Shown one piece after another: positions 1 through 17,321 of a stretch of DNA of 64,000 nt. Numbering within the stretch: position 1 is the stretch's first letter; every line of letters starts with the position of its first letter. Source of the stretch: Planktothrix sp. GU0601_MAG3 (GTDB lineage Bacteria > Cyanobacteriota > Cyanobacteriia > Cyanobacteriales > Microcoleaceae); assembly GCA_035193785.1 (NCBI GenBank), contig CP136572.1:3732578-3796577 (forward strand), in the 5' to 3' direction. Below the pieces are notes generated by a model. That model ran no database searches. It saw only the letters and a program-made list of their open reading frames with translations, and had not been told where the DNA came from. The position numbers were made by a program, and so were the translations under genes.

Positions 1-1391
1 TTGCAGGTATGAGCTTCTTCTCCGGGTTTGACATTTGACCAGCTTTCTTGACATAAATTTCCCCCGGGAATATACCCCTCATGTTGATTCGGATTTGCCC
101 GATTTGAAGTATCTTTGAACCACAGATAAGGCATTCCCGTTTCCACCTGAGAACGCATGATCAACTTAAATAAATCCCGGGCATTTACCTTTTTATAAAG
201 GATGATTTTTGTATCTAAGTTTGCTTCAATTTGTTGATAGACACTTTCAAAAGATTCCCCCCAAGTTTCAGCTAATTCAATCCCCAATTTCTCTCTAATT
301 TCATAGGGATCAACCAGTGTCCAGTCCTCTCGACTAATCACCCGACGCATGAATTCATCGGGAATCACTAATTGAGGAAAAATATCATAGGCCTTGCGAC
401 GTTGATCTCCATTTTCGGTCTGCATTTCTAGGAATTCAGGAACGTCTAAATGCCAGACATCTAAACTCACCGTAATTGCCCCCGCCCGACGTCCGCCTTG
501 ATTCACCGCGATCGCCGTATCATTTAATAATTTAATCCAAGGAATCACACCCCCGGAGGTGTTTTGTTTCCCCATCACCCAACTACCTGTTGACCGCACT
601 CGGCTGACATTTGTGCCCACACCGCCACCATTTTTAGAAATTCTGGCGGCATCTTTAATCGTGTCAAAAATGCTTTCCAAATTATCATCCATTGCCGTAA
701 TAAAACAGCTACTCAAGGAGCCGTGAGGAATCCTTAAATTTGCTAGAATGGGGGTGGCTAAGGAAACTTTCCGCCCGGCGATCGCTTGATAAAACCTTCT
801 CGCCCAAAATAACCTATTTTCAGGTTTTTCCACCATTGCTAATAGCAACGCACAGGTTAATAGAGCTTCTTGGGGCAATTCATCCGTTAATAAATAGCGT
901 TTACTTAACAAAACAGCCCCGGCATAATCATAATCTTTGTCCCATTCGGGGTTAATCCAACTGCCAGCTTCTTGAAGTTCTTCGGCGGTGTAAGTCAAAA
1001 TCCGAACGTCATATTGTCCCTGTTCCACCTTATTATGAACCGTTCTGCAATAGTCGCCGTATTCATAACCCCGACAGACTAAGGTATCCTTCCATACACT
1101 CCAAATATGCAGTCTTCCCGCCACATAACGCCAGTTTGGGTCAGAGGGGCTGCACAATTCCAAGGCACAACTAATTAAATTATCCTGAATTTCTCGGGTG
1201 GTCACACCATGGCGGAGGCGGGTGGTGAGTCCTGCTTCTAGGGTAATCGGATTTGCCTCCATTCCCTCACAGGCCCAGTTGACAACTTCTCGAATTTTGG
1301 ATACATCCAACGGGGCCAGACTGCCATCTCGCTTAATGACTTTAATATTTTTATTCGGGGTGATGATAATTGATGGTGATGTTGATTGCAT
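1..1391 (-). CDS. nrdA: Class I ribonucleoside-diphosphate reductase alpha subunit with N-terminal ATP-cone (runs off window start)
   Basis: Manual minus-strand translation from ATG at 1391: MQSTSP..VIKRDGS (ATP cone), SLATPILAN, LSSCF, SKNGGGVG, VNQGGRRAGA, GNLCQE, HTCN. Absent from the ORF track because it is truncated. Confidence 0.92.
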   Translation of the reverse strand, partial: MQSTSPSIIITPNKNIKVIKRDGSLAPLDVSKIREVVNWACEGMEANPITLEAGLTTRLRHGVTTREIQDNLISCALELCSPSDPNWRYVAGRLHIWSVWKDTLVCRGYEYGDYCRTVHNKVEQGQYDVRILTYTAEELQEAGSWINPEWDKDYDYAGAVLLSKRYLLTDELPQEALLTCALLLAMVEKPENRLFWARRFYQAIAGRKVSLATPILANLRIPHGSLSSCFITAMDDNLESIFDTIKDAARISKNGGGVGTNVSRVRSTGSWVMGKQNTSGGVIPWIKLLNDTAIAVNQGGRRAGAITVSLDVWHLDVPEFLEMQTENGDQRRKAYDIFPQLVIPDEFMRRVISREDWTLVDPYEIREKLGIELAETWGESFESVYQQIEANLDTKIILYKKVNARDLFKLIMRSQVETGMPYLWFKDTSNRANPNQHEGYIPGGNLCQESWSNVKPGEEAHTC

Positions 1392-1446
1392 GATCAATAT
1401 TTTTGCCCACTGCTATAATGAATTGACGCCTTACCACTGTACTCTA

Positions 1447-1503
1447 ATTCCATATTTAGTGACAGGGATTGACAAAAATCTTATTTTCCGCTATATTTAG
1501 TGT
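1447..1503. promoter_or_regulatory. Tandem NrdR boxes upstream of nrdA
   Basis: attccatatttagtga (1447-1462) and ccgctatatttagtgt (1488-1503) match the acaCwAtATaTwGtgt consensus and start 41 bp apart. Confidence 0.7.
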
Positions 1504-1994
1504 TATATTTGGTAAATTTACTTAAAATAGGGCTTATTAGTATTATTAAGTTGCCAAAAAAACCAACCCCAATTTGGAGTTAAGTTTGGCTAAATCGAGA
1601 GTCTAGGAGTGGGTTATATCAAAATATTGAATCGTTATTAATCCTCTAAATCAGTCCTCTAGGTGCGGGTTTACACTAAGAAACAGATGGGTTGATGCGG
1701 CGAGATGAAGATTTTACCGAATCTTAATAGGGTTGAGTTGATGGAATTTCAATCATAAACTCAGCCCCCTCGCCAGGAGAAGAACAACAGGTAATACGAC
1801 CTTGATGCTGTTGAACAACAATTTGATAACTAATTGATAATCCCAACCCCGTACCGCAACCCACAGGCTTTGTTCTGAAAAATGGGTCAAATAAATCAGG
1901 ACTTACGCAAGCACGCTATATATGGCGTGTCAAAAGTAGACGATCACATACCTCTGATATTGATACTTAAAAACTAATTAGCGATCGCCAATTA

Positions 1995-2429
1995 TCACTC
2001 ACTTTGAATTTCCTTAACCACCAAAACCGAGCAATTTGCCTCTGAAACCACCTGAGAACTCACCGACCCTTCCAAGATGCGCTTGACCCCCGTTAATCCC
2101 CGGTTTCCAATAATAATCAGATCCGCCCGATAAATATTAGCCAAACGAATGATTTCTTCTGCCGGATCACCTGCGACAATCTCAATTTCAGTCTCACAAT
2201 CCAACTGATCCTGATAGGATCTAAGTTGCTTTTCCAGATGGCCATAGGGAAATTCCTCCGTTCGGTGGCCGGGCCGATCCGCCACCAGATCAAAATCCGA
2301 TTCCACCGTCCGAACAACATGGCAGAAGATCACGTTGGTTGTGGGTTGCAATTGCAGTTGGCCCAGTGCCTTAATCACAAACTTAGTAGTTGGTGAATCA
2401 TCCACAGCAACCAAAATCGTATTCAGCAC
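1995..2429 (-). CDS. Universal stress protein (UspA family)
   Basis: ILVAVDDS, GDPAEEII, ADLIIIGNRG, EGSVSSQVV..ANCSVLVV. Likely GTG start at 2429 after a GAGGAG RBS. Confidence 0.9.
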   Translation of the reverse strand: MLNTILVAVDDSPTTKFVIKALGQLQLQPTTNVIFCHVVRTVESDFDLVADRPGHRTEEFPYGHLEKQLRSYQDQLDCETEIEIVAGDPAEEIIRLANIYRADLIIIGNRGLTGVKRILEGSVSSQVVSEANCSVLVVKEIQSE

Positions 2430-2537
2430 AAAAACGTCTCCTCTAAACAACTGGAAAATCACCCCGCCTTGAAATCCTACCACTTCAAACCCCGATTCTA
2501 AAGCCAAGACCCCAAAGTTAACGGCTATGACTCACGG

Positions 2538-3834
2538 TTAAGGTTCGGTGCGGAGTCGTACCGAGTCCCCATGGGACGGCAAACCCTCCGCCTCGGTCAA
2601 CACCTGAATAGCCCCAGCCACTTTCTGTAAAGCCGTTGGAGAATACTGAATTAAACTCGAATGTTTCATAAACGTTTCCACCCCCAAGGCCGACGCATAA
2701 CGAGCCGCCCCCGATGTCGGTAAAGTGTGGTTAGGGCCAGCTAAATAATCCCCAACGGCTTCCGGGGTAGAACAACCCAAAAATATCGCCCCGGCATGGC
2801 GAATGCTCTCCAGCAATTCCCAGGGTTTCAGCCACCTCTAATTCCAAATGTTCCGGGGCAAACTCATTAGACAACTCCGCCGCAGCTTCCAAGGAATCGA
2901 CCACCACCACCACCCCATAGTGGGCGATCGCTTTTTCCGTCAACGTGCGTCGAGGATGGTTCACCAACTGCCTTTCCACCTCCGCCACCACTTGCCGGGC
3001 CAAGGCAGAATCCGTGGTTAATAAAATTGCCGCCGCCAGGGTATCATGTTCGGCCTGGGCCAACAAATCCGCCGCGACGTGCACCGGGTTCGCCGTACTA
3101 TCGGCAATAATCAATACTTCCGATGGCCCAGCCAGGGAATCAATTCCCACCGTGCCATAAACCAATTTTTTCGCCAAGGTGACATAGATATTGCCCGGGC
3201 CAGTAATCACATCAACTTTCGGGATCGTTTCCGTACCATAGGCCAAGGCTGCGATCGCCTGCGCCCCACCGACCCGATAAATTTCCTGCACCCCCGCTTC
3301 CTGAGCCGCCACCAACACCGCCGGATTCACCTGACAATCTGGCCCCGGGGGGGTCACCACCACAATCCTAGGAACCTTAGCTACCTGAGCCGGAACCGCA
3401 TTCATCAAAACCGTACTGGGGTACGAAGCTTTCCCCCCAGGTACATACAAACCCGCCCGGTCAACGGGGGTAAATCGTTTACCCAGAACAATATCATCCT
3501 CCCCAAACTGCACCCAGGACTTAGGAGTGCGCTGGCGGTGAAACGCTTCAATTTGTTGGCGGGCAAATCGGATCGCATCCAACAATTCCTTCGATACTTG
3601 CTGGTAAGCTGCGTCCAACTCCGAACCACTCACCCGCAACTCATCTAATGTCAATATTTTTTGATCGAATTCTTCCGTATAGTGCAGAAGGGCCTTATCC
3701 CCTTGACGCCGAACCGTTTGCAAAACTTCCCGCACGGTTGCTTCCTTATGGATCATCGCGTCATCATGGGTACGGTCAGAGATCCGTCGCAATTCAGCTT
3801 GTGCTTCAACCCACTGAGTAATAATTCGCAGCAT
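2538..3834 (-). CDS. hisD: Histidinol dehydrogenase (apparent +1 error at ~2827)
   Basis: GLYVPGG, PSTVLMN, GPGNIYV, AGPSE, EHLE, GDYLAGPNHTLPT across two ORFs. Confidence 0.95.
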
Positions 3835-4235
3835 GGTGATTCGGAGTGCCAACCTTAAAAAACACACACAGAAGCAGATACGGAACAGATAACCGGGACG
3901 AACCTCCACCCCCAGGTCAAACTGACCCTAGTGGAGAATTTCTCCCCCTGGTTTCCTTGCCCATACCCAAACTTTGTATCCTTAAGCGATACTTTAGAGT
4001 TCTAGCCACAGGGGCAACACTCTGGGGATTCATACCGCGTTTATTATAGCACAAAAAGCTATCCTAGATGGTTACGGGGCCTGTCGAAACAAGGACAGAG
4101 CGTTAAACCCGTTTTTTTGCTACAATACAACCGAGTCCATAATTTTTGTGATGCTTCCTGTGGGCAAATAGGAAGTTTAGTTAAATTTGACAAAATAAAT
4201 GTTATATTGGTATGTCTGTAACTTAGTATCTCTAA

Positions 4236-4565
<330 letters not shown>

Positions 4566-4567
4566 CT

Positions 4568-4603
4568 CATCAGTAATCAGTCAACAGTAATCAGTAATCA
4601 GTT
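4568..4603. repeat. Heptamer short tandem repeat (CAGTAAT-type STRR)
   Basis: cagtaatcagtcaacagtaatcagtaatcagt. Confidence 0.7.
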
Positions 4604-4760
4604 ATGAGTCAACAGCTAATAGGAATAGAAATGAGTCGGCGAGGAGGCTGGCACTGTAAAACCAATAACTGATTACGGACGCGCCAATAGCCCAACAGCA
4701 TGGCCTAGTCTCGGCACGTCTTTGTCCCACTGATTGCTGATTCATCTGAGTAAACGGACT

Positions 4761-5547
4761 ATGCAACTGATAGATACCCACGTCCATATCAACTTCAAAG
4801 CGTTGGCATCCGACTTAAAAGCAATTCGGCAAAGATGGCAAGAAGCAGGGGTAGTCCGTTTGGTTCATTCCTGCGTTCATCCTGGAGAATTTCAGGAAAT
4901 ACAGGACATTGCCAATCAAGTCCCCGAACTCAGTTTTGCGGTTGGGTTACATCCCTTAGATGCTAAACTTTGGAGTTCAACTTCGGCCCAAACCATTACC
5001 CAACTCGCCCAATCCGATCATAGAGTCGTTGCCCTTGGCGAAATGGGACTGGATTTTTATAAAGCCGATAACCGAGAACAGCAGATCCTAGTTTTCACCG
5101 AACAACTAGAAATTGCCTATCGTTTGCATAAACCTGTCATTATTCACTGTCGGGAGGCGGCAGAAACCATGATTCCCCTATTAAGGCAATTTTGGCAACA
5201 ACGGGGCAAAGTTTCCGGGGTAATGCACTGTTGGGGAGGAACTCCCGAGGAAACAGCAAGAGTTTCTCGAGTTGGGGCTGTATATCAGTTTTAGCGGAAC
5301 CGTAACCTTTAAAAATGCGATCGCTATTCAGGAATGCGCCCGTCAAGTCCCGTCTGATCGAATTTTAGTCGAAACAGACTGTCCTTTTCTAGCCCCAGTT
5401 CCCCAACGGGGAAAACGCAACGAACCCGCCTTTGTGCTTCACGTTGCCGAAACCGTCGCCCGACTGCGGGATATTTCCCTAGAAACCCTATCTCAGCAAA
5501 CCACAAATAACGCCTGTCAACTCTTTCAGTTAACAGTTAACAGTTAA
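4761..5547 (+). CDS. tatD: TatD family DNase (apparent +1 error at ~5250-5266)
   Basis: [41 protein letters not shown]. Confidence 0.92.
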
Positions 5548-5729
5548 CAGTTAACAGTTAACAGTGATTCAGTTGAGGAGTGATCAGTTGAGGAGTTAAT
5601 AAATTAACTGTAAACTTCTTAACGATTAACTGATGACTGATGACTGATGACTGATGACTGATTATTGATAGCTGACAACAATGAACTCAATCACTGATAA
5701 CTGATTACTGATAACTGATTACTGATAAC
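5527..5729. repeat. Heptamer STRR cluster (TAACAGT / CTGATGA / CTGATAA)
   Basis: Direct heptamer runs in opposite orientations between tatD and rpoB. Confidence 0.8.
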
Positions 5730-5735
5730 TTATAA

Positions 5736-8700
5736 ATGGCAAGTCTAACCCATAACGAACCCACTTTTTTACTTCCCGACTTAATTGAAATTCAACGGTC
5801 AAGTTTCCGTTGGTTTTTAGAAGCCGGGTTGATTGAAGAATTAGAAAGTTTTTCCCCCATTACCGACTATACAGGGAAACTAGAACTGCATTTTTTAGCC
5901 AAAGACTATAAACTTAAACGTCCTAAATATGACGTTGACGAAGCCAAACGGCGGGATAGTACCTACGCCGTCCAGATGTACGTTCCGACTCGTTTAATTA
6001 ATAAAGAAACTGGAGAAATCAAAGAACAAGAAGTCTTTATTGGGGACTTACCCCTAATGACGGAACGGGGAACTTTTATTATCAATGGGGCTGAACGAGT
6101 TATCGTCAACCAAATTGTCAGAAGTCCCGGGGTTTATTATAAATCTGAAATTGATAAAAACGGCCGACGGACTTATAGTGCCTCCCTAATTCCCAACCGA
6201 GGCGCCTGGTTAAAATTTGAAACCGATAAAAATGACTTAGTGTGGGTCAGAATTGATAAAACCCGCAAACTATCCGCCCAGGTCTTATTAAAAGCCTTGG
6301 GACTCACCAACAACGAAATTTTTGATGCCCTGCGTCACCCCGAATACTTTGAAAAAACCATTGAACGGGAAGGGGAATTTACCGAAGATGACGCCTTAAT
6401 GGAACTGTACCGCAAACTCCGTCCCGGGGAACCCCCGACGGTGGCCGGTGGGGAACAGTTACTTAATAACCGCTTCTTCGATGCCAAACGCTATGACCTG
6501 GGCCGGGTCGGACGTTATAAACTCAATAAAAAACTGCGGCTGACCATTCCCGATACCACCCGGGTGCTAACCTCCGTGGATATTCTCTCGGCGATTGATT
6601 ATTTAATTAACCTAGAATTCGATATCGGCGAAACCGATGATATTGACCACTTAGGAAATCGTCGCGTCCGGTCAGTGGGAGAACTGCTGCAAAACCAAAT
6701 TCGGGTCGGTTTAAACCGCTTAGAAAGAATTATCCGAGAACGGATGACCGTGAGTGATGCCGATGCCTTAACTCCCGCCTCTCTGGTCAACCCCAAACCC
6801 CTAGTAGCTGCCATTAAAGAATTCTTCGGTAGTTCCCAATTATCGCAGTTTATGGATCAGACCAATCCCTTAGCGGAAACTGACCCACAAACGCCGTTTA
6901 TCCGCCCTTGGCCCCGGGGGACTAACCCGGGAACGGGCAGGGTTTGCGGTGCGAGATATTCACCCCAGCCACTACGGACGGATTTGTCCGATTGAAACTC
7001 CAGAAGGGCCAAACGCCGGATTAATCGGGTCTTTGGCAACCTTAGCCCGAGTGAACCCCTACGGATTTATTGCCACTCCCTATAACAAAGTTGAAAACGG
7101 CAAAGTCCGCCGCGACTTACCTGCGGTATACATGACCGCCGACGAAGAAGACGATTTACGGGTAGCCCCAGGGGATATTAGAACCGATGCCGAGGGGACG
7201 ATTTTAGGGGAGATTGTTCCGGTACGTTATCGCCAGGAGTTCACCACCACAACTCCCATGCAGGTAGACTATGCCGCGGTATCTCCGGTACAGATTGTTT
7301 CCGTCGCCACCTCCTTGATTCCCTTCTTGGAACACGACGACGCCAACCGAGCCTTGATGGGGTCTAATATGCAACGGCAAGCCGTCCCCCTGCTCCGTCC
7401 ACAACGGCCCCTAGTGGGAACCGGACTGGAAGCTCAAGCCGCCCGGGATAGCGGGATGGTGATTGTCTCCCGTACCGATGGAGAAGTCAGCTATATTGAT
7501 GGGTCTTGTATCCGGGTCATGGATACCACGGGCAAAGAACATGAATATGAGTTACAAAAATATCAACGTTCAAACCAAGATACTTGTTTAAACCAGCGTC
7601 CGTTGGTTTATGAAGGAGATCAGGTGGTGGCGGGTCAGGTGTTAGCCGATGGTTCCTCCACCGAAGGGGCTGAACTGGCTTTAGGTCATAATATCCTAGT
7701 AACTTATATGCCCTGGGAGGGATATAACTACGAAGACGCGATTTTAATTAGTGAGCGTTTAGTCCAAGAGGATATTTACACCTCCATCCACGTTGAAAAA
7801 TACGAAATTGAGGCCCGACAAACCAAACTTGGCCCAGAAGAAATTACCCGGGAAATTCCCAACGTCGGGGAAGATTCCCTGCGTCAATTGGATGGGAATG
7901 GGATTATCCGAGTCGGGGCTTGGGTGGAATCGGGGGATATTTTAGTCGGGAAAGTCACCCCCAAAGGGGAATCCGACCAACCCCCGGAAGAAAAATTACT
8001 GCGGGCAATTTTCGGCGAAAAAGCCCGGGATGTGCGGGATAACTCCCTACGGGTTCCCAACGGAGAAAAAGGTCGGGTGGTAGATGTGCGCGTCTTTACC
8101 CGGGAACAGGGGGATGAGTTACCGCCTGGGGCGAATATGGTAGTGCGGGTTTATGTGGCGCAAAAACGCAAAATCCAAGTCGGGGACAAAATGGCTGGAC
8201 GCCACGGGAATAAAGGGATTGTGTCTCGGATTCTGCCGATTGAGGATATGCCCTATTTGCCCGATGGTCGGGCCGTGGATATTGTTCTCAATCCCCTGGG
8301 TGTACCCAGTCGGATGAACGTTGGCCAAATCTTTGAATGTTTATTAGGGTGGGCGGGTCAAAACCTGAAAAAACGCTTCAAAGTGGTTCCCTTTGATGAA
8401 ATGCACGGCCCGGAAATGTCCCGGGAAACTGTACACGGGAAGTTAAAAGAAGCCCGAGAGAAAACCAAGAAAGATTGGTTATTTAACGACAATTATCCCG
8501 GGAAAAGCATCGTTTATGACGGCCGTACCGGAGAACCCTTTGACCAACCCGTCACCGTGGGGATTGCCTATATGTTGAAACTGGTTCACTTGGTTGATGA
8601 TAAGATTCACGCCCGGTCTACTGGCCCCTATTCTTTGGTGACGCAGCAACCCTTGGGAGGAAAAGCCCAACAGGGGGGACAAAGGTTTGGAGAAATGGAG

Positions 8701-9051
8701 GTTTGGGCCTTGGAAGCCTTCGGAGCCGCCTATACCTTGCAGGAGTTGTTAACGGTCAAATCCGACGATATGCAGGGACGCAACGAAGCCCTCAACGCTA
8801 TTGTTAAGGGTAAGGCCATTCCCCGTCCTGGGACACCGGAATCCTTCAAGGTGTTGATGCGAGAGTTGCAGTCCTTGTGTTTGGATATTGCGGTGCATAA
8901 AGTGGAAACCACCGACGAAGGTGGAAGCCGAGATGTGGAAGTAGACCTGATGGCTGATATTCCAGCTACCCGGATGACCTACACCTCTAATAATTTTGCC
9001 CCCGCTAAACCTACTTATGATTTAAGTAGTTCAGTCGAAGAAGACGAATAA
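5736..9051 (+). CDS. rpoB: RNA polymerase beta subunit (apparent +1 error at ~6878)
   Basis: [56 protein letters not shown]. Confidence 0.98.
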
Positions 9052-9052
9052 T

Positions 9053-9180
9053 CAGTTATCAGTGTAGAGACGTGCCATGGCGCGTCTGTACCAGTTATCA
9101 GTGTAGAGACGTGCCATGGCGCGTCTGTACCAGTTATCAGTGTAGAGACGTGCCATGGCGCGTCTGTACCAGTTATCAGT
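9053..9180. repeat. Three tandem 39-bp units, each containing the 28-bp imperfect palindrome GTAGAGACGTGCCATGGCGCGTCTGTAC
   Basis: Identical units start at 9053, 9092 and 9131. Single copies at 16061-16086, 17745-17772 (reverse) and 34970-34997. Confidence 0.9.
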
Positions 9181-9235
9181 TGAATTCCTTAATATTCTCT
9201 GTTCCCTGTTCCCTATTCCCTGTTCCCTGAATAAA

Positions 9236-11133
9236 ATGGCTAAAATTGAACAACGATTTGATTACGTTAAAATTGGAATCGCATCTCCAGAACGCATTCG
9301 GCAGTGGGGAGAAAGAACCCTACCCAATGGTCAAGTGGTTGGAGAAGTTACCAAACCTGAAACCATCAATTACAGAAACCCTGAAACCAGAGATGGACGG
9401 GCTATTTTGTGAACGAATTTTTGGCCCGGCAAAGGATTGGGAATGTCATTGTGGGAAATATAAACGGGTCAGACATCGTGGAATTGTTTGTGAACGCTGT
9501 GGGGTAGAGGTAACAGAATCTCGGGTTCGTCGTCACCGGATGGGTTTTATTAAACTAGCTGCTCCTGTTACCCATGTTTGGTATCTCAAAGGCATTCCTA
9601 GTTATATGGCTATTTTATTAGATATGCCATTGCGGGATGTGGAACAGGTCGTTTATTTTAACGCCTATGTCGTGTTAAATCCGGGTAACTATGACGGCCT
9701 ATCCTATAAACAGTTATTAACCGAAGATACCTGGTTAGAAATTGAAGACCAAATTTATAGTGAAGATTCCACATTAACCGGAATTGAAGTGGGAATTGGA
9801 GCCGAAGCCATTTCCCGTTTACTCGAAGATATTCCCTTAGAAGAAGAAGCCGAAAGGTTACGCGAAGAAATTGCCGTTGCTAAGGGACAAAAACGCGCCA
9901 AATTAATTAAACGATTGCGGGTAATTGATAATTTTGTGGCGACGGGTTCCAAACCGGATTGGATGGTTTTGAATGTGATTCCCGTCATTCCTCCCGATTT
10001 ACGGCCAATGGTGCAGTTAGATGGGGGTCGATTTGCCACCTCCGACTTAAACGACCTATATCGTCGGGTGATTAACCGGAATAATCGGTTAGCCCGGTTG
10101 CAGGAAATTCTCGCTCCAGAAATTATTATCCGTAACGAAAAACGGATGTTACAGGAAGCCGTTGATGCCTTAATTGATAACGGTCGCCGAGGTCGGACGG
10201 TGGTGGGGGCGAATAATCGACCCTTAAAATCCCTCTCCGATATTATCGAAGGAAAACAAGGACGATTCCGTCAAAACCTATTAGGAAAACGGGTCGATTA
10301 TTCTGGACGTTCCGTGATTGTGGTGGGGCCAAAATTAAGAATGCACCAGTGCGGTTTACCCCGGGAAATGGCAATTGAATTGTTCCAACCCTTTGTGATT
10401 AACCGCCTAATTCGTCAAGGATTAGTTAACAATATTAAAGCGGCGAAAAAACTGATTCAACGGAATGATGCCAGTATTTGGGAGGTCTTACAAGAAGTCA
10501 TCCAAGGACATCCGGTGATGCTAAACCGCGCCCCAACCTTGCACCGTTTAGGGATTCAAGCCTTTGAACCGATTTTAGTCGATGGTCGGGCAATTCAACT
10601 GCATCCGTTAGTTTGTCCCGCCTTTAACGCTGACTTTGACGGTGACCAAATGGCCGTTTCACGTCCCCCTGTCGATTGAATCCCAGGCTGAAGCTCGGTT
10701 ATTGATGTTAGCCTCGAATAATATCCTATCCCCAGCTACGGGTAGACCGATTGTGACACCTAGTCAAGATATGGTGTTGGGATGTTATTATTTAACCGCA
10801 GAAAACCCTAAATTAGAGGATCAAAGTCACCGCTATTTTGCTGATTTGGAAGATGTAATCCTAGCCTATAAACAGGGCGCTTTGGGTTTACATTCATACA
10901 TTATGGTGCGATTTGATGGAGAAATTTTATCGGATGAAACAGAACAGATAGGGGTCGAACATAAAGACGACTTAACTGGAGCCATCACTAAAACCTATGT
11001 GGGCAAAAAAACCGGGAAACTCATGCGACGAGTGCGAGAAGACTCCGAGGGTAATATTCTAGCTCAATATATCCGTACTACCCCGGGACGTGTCATTTTC
11101 AATAAAACCGTTCAAGACACCTTAATTCAATAG
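9236..11133 (+). CDS. rpoC1: RNA polymerase gamma subunit (apparent +1 errors at ~9377 and ~10658)
   Basis: [18 protein letters not shown] zinc ribbon, catalytic NADFDGD. Confidence 0.98.
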
Positions 11134-11139
11134 GTAATG

Positions 11140-11207
11140 GGGATCACGGATTTAAGAGGATTTCACGGATTTCACGGATTTTAGTCTGTTTTAACCTGCG
11201 TAATTCT
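11140..11207 (-). repeat. Dispersed ~65-bp element (..CAGATTAAAATCCGTGAAATCCGTGAAATCCTCTTAAATCCGTGATCC), copy 1, reverse orientation
   Basis: Near-identical copies at ~24151-24218, ~48841-48907 and ~50458-50522. Confidence 0.85.
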
Positions 11208-11262
11208 ATTAAATCTGTGATCGGTAACAGGTAATGGTTAAGAATTAACTGATAACTAATAA

Positions 11263-16046
<4,784 letters not shown>

Positions 16047-16154
16047 AATCAGTCATCGGTGTAGAGACGTGCCATGGCGCGTCTCTGGCAGTCATCGGTA
16101 TTTCAATAAGTCCAAATACAAATCCCCTACTTTTAAGTGTGGGGATTTCCGCAT

Positions 16155-16243
16155 TACCCATTACCCTGTTACTGAGCGAAGTCGAAGTATTACCCATTAC
16201 CTATTACCCATTACCCATTACCTATTACCTATTCCCTATTCCC
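16155..16243. repeat. TTACCCA/TTCCCTA heptamer STRR with an embedded GAGCGAAGTCGAAG motif
   Basis: Visible heptamer run upstream of the S4-domain gene. Confidence 0.7.
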
Positions 16244-16244
16244 T

Positions 16245-16436
16245 ATGTCCGAAACCATTAAACTCGATCAATTTCTAAAATTTATGGGTGAAGTTTCCAC
16301 CGGGGGACAAGCCAAAATCCTAATTAAATATGGTGATGTTGAAGTCAATGGTGAGGTGGAAACTCGCCGGGGACGAAAGTTAGTCACCGGGGATAAAGTA
16401 TTAGTTAATGGAAAAACCTTAACCGTTAATTTATAA
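16245..16436 (+). CDS. S4-domain RNA-binding protein (YaaA/YbcJ-like)
   Basis: IKLDQFLK..STGGQAKILI..VNGEVETRRGRKL. Confidence 0.9.
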   Translation: MSETIKLDQFLKFMGEVSTGGQAKILIKYGDVEVNGEVETRRGRKLVTGDKVLVNGKTLTVNL

Positions 16437-16994
16437 AATAGATAACATCACTTGACCATTGGGCATAATCGTATTGCAAATAACCGCATCCTCACCATTA
16501 AATCCGACGGAATCGGTTAGGTTAGCATCGGTTAAATTAGCTGATTTGAAATTTGCCTTGTGTAAATCGGTATCGCGTAAATCTGCCCCCACTAACCAAG
16601 CATTTTCCAAATTACATTCATATAGCGTTGCATCGCTTAAATCGGCTTGATAAAGATTAGTATAACTTAAATCGGCTTGAGTTAAATTGGCTCCATTGAG
16701 ATTGGCATGGGAGAGATTAGCCCCCATTATTTGGGTACTATATAAACTGGTTTGTTGCAAGATAGTATAACTCAAATTTGCCCCCATTAAGTTAGCACCC
16801 CGCAACGAAGCTCGACTCAAATTTGCGTAACTGAGATTCGCCCCACTCAAATCCGCCCCAATAAAAACTAACTTACTTAGATCACAAGTTTGCAAATCTG
16901 CACCCCTTAAATCCACCCCTTTAAAACTCCATTCTCCTTTTGCCTTTCGCTGCAATAATTCCAACCCATCCATAATATTCAGCCTAAATCCCAT
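16431..16994 (-). CDS. Pentapeptide repeat protein
   Basis: Tandem A(D/N)Lxx repeats. Start may be the downstream Met (MDGLELL). Confidence 0.9.
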   Translation of the reverse strand: MGFRLNIMDGLELLQRKAKGEWSFKGVDLRGADLQTCDLSKLVFIGADLSGANLSYANLSRASLRGANLMGANLSYTILQQTSLYSTQIMGANLSHANLNGANLTQADLSYTNLYQADLSDATLYECNLENAWLVGADLRDTDLHKANFKSANLTDANLTDSVGFNGEDAVICNTIMPNGQVMLSIL

Positions 16995-17321
16995 TCATTT
17001 CATTTTGTCTGATGAATTGCTAATTTAGACCATCTAAATCTTGTAATTTATACTTCCCCAAGTCTACCATAACAAATCTTGATTTGCCCTAGTATGTCAA
17101 AAAGCAAAAAAACTAAGGTGATTCCATCTCTGTTAACCACTAAGAATTAAAGTTAGATGTTAAGAATCCCTGAAAAAATAAAGAATTAAGTATTTTTGAT
17201 GCCGAATATTTGACAGAATGTAAAGTTAAATTACAACTGTGATTAAAATGTTGAGAAATTTTCCAAAATTGGATCAATCCCTTAACCTGGAAGTTTAAAG
17301 TAATATTACAAGAGAGAACCA

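Noticed and set aside
740..1500. Plus-strand ORFs 740-955 and 1198-1500
   Set aside because: Antisense shadows of nrdA. The same applies to other short track ORFs overlapping hisD, rpo, atp and murF.
1913..1928. Third NrdR box (acgctatatatggcgt)
   Set aside because: It is ~520 bp from nrdA, unpaired, and adjacent to an AGGACTTACGCA repeat end; not supportable.
9053..9180. CRISPR array
   Set aside because: Units are identical end to end with no unique spacers, and no cas genes are present.
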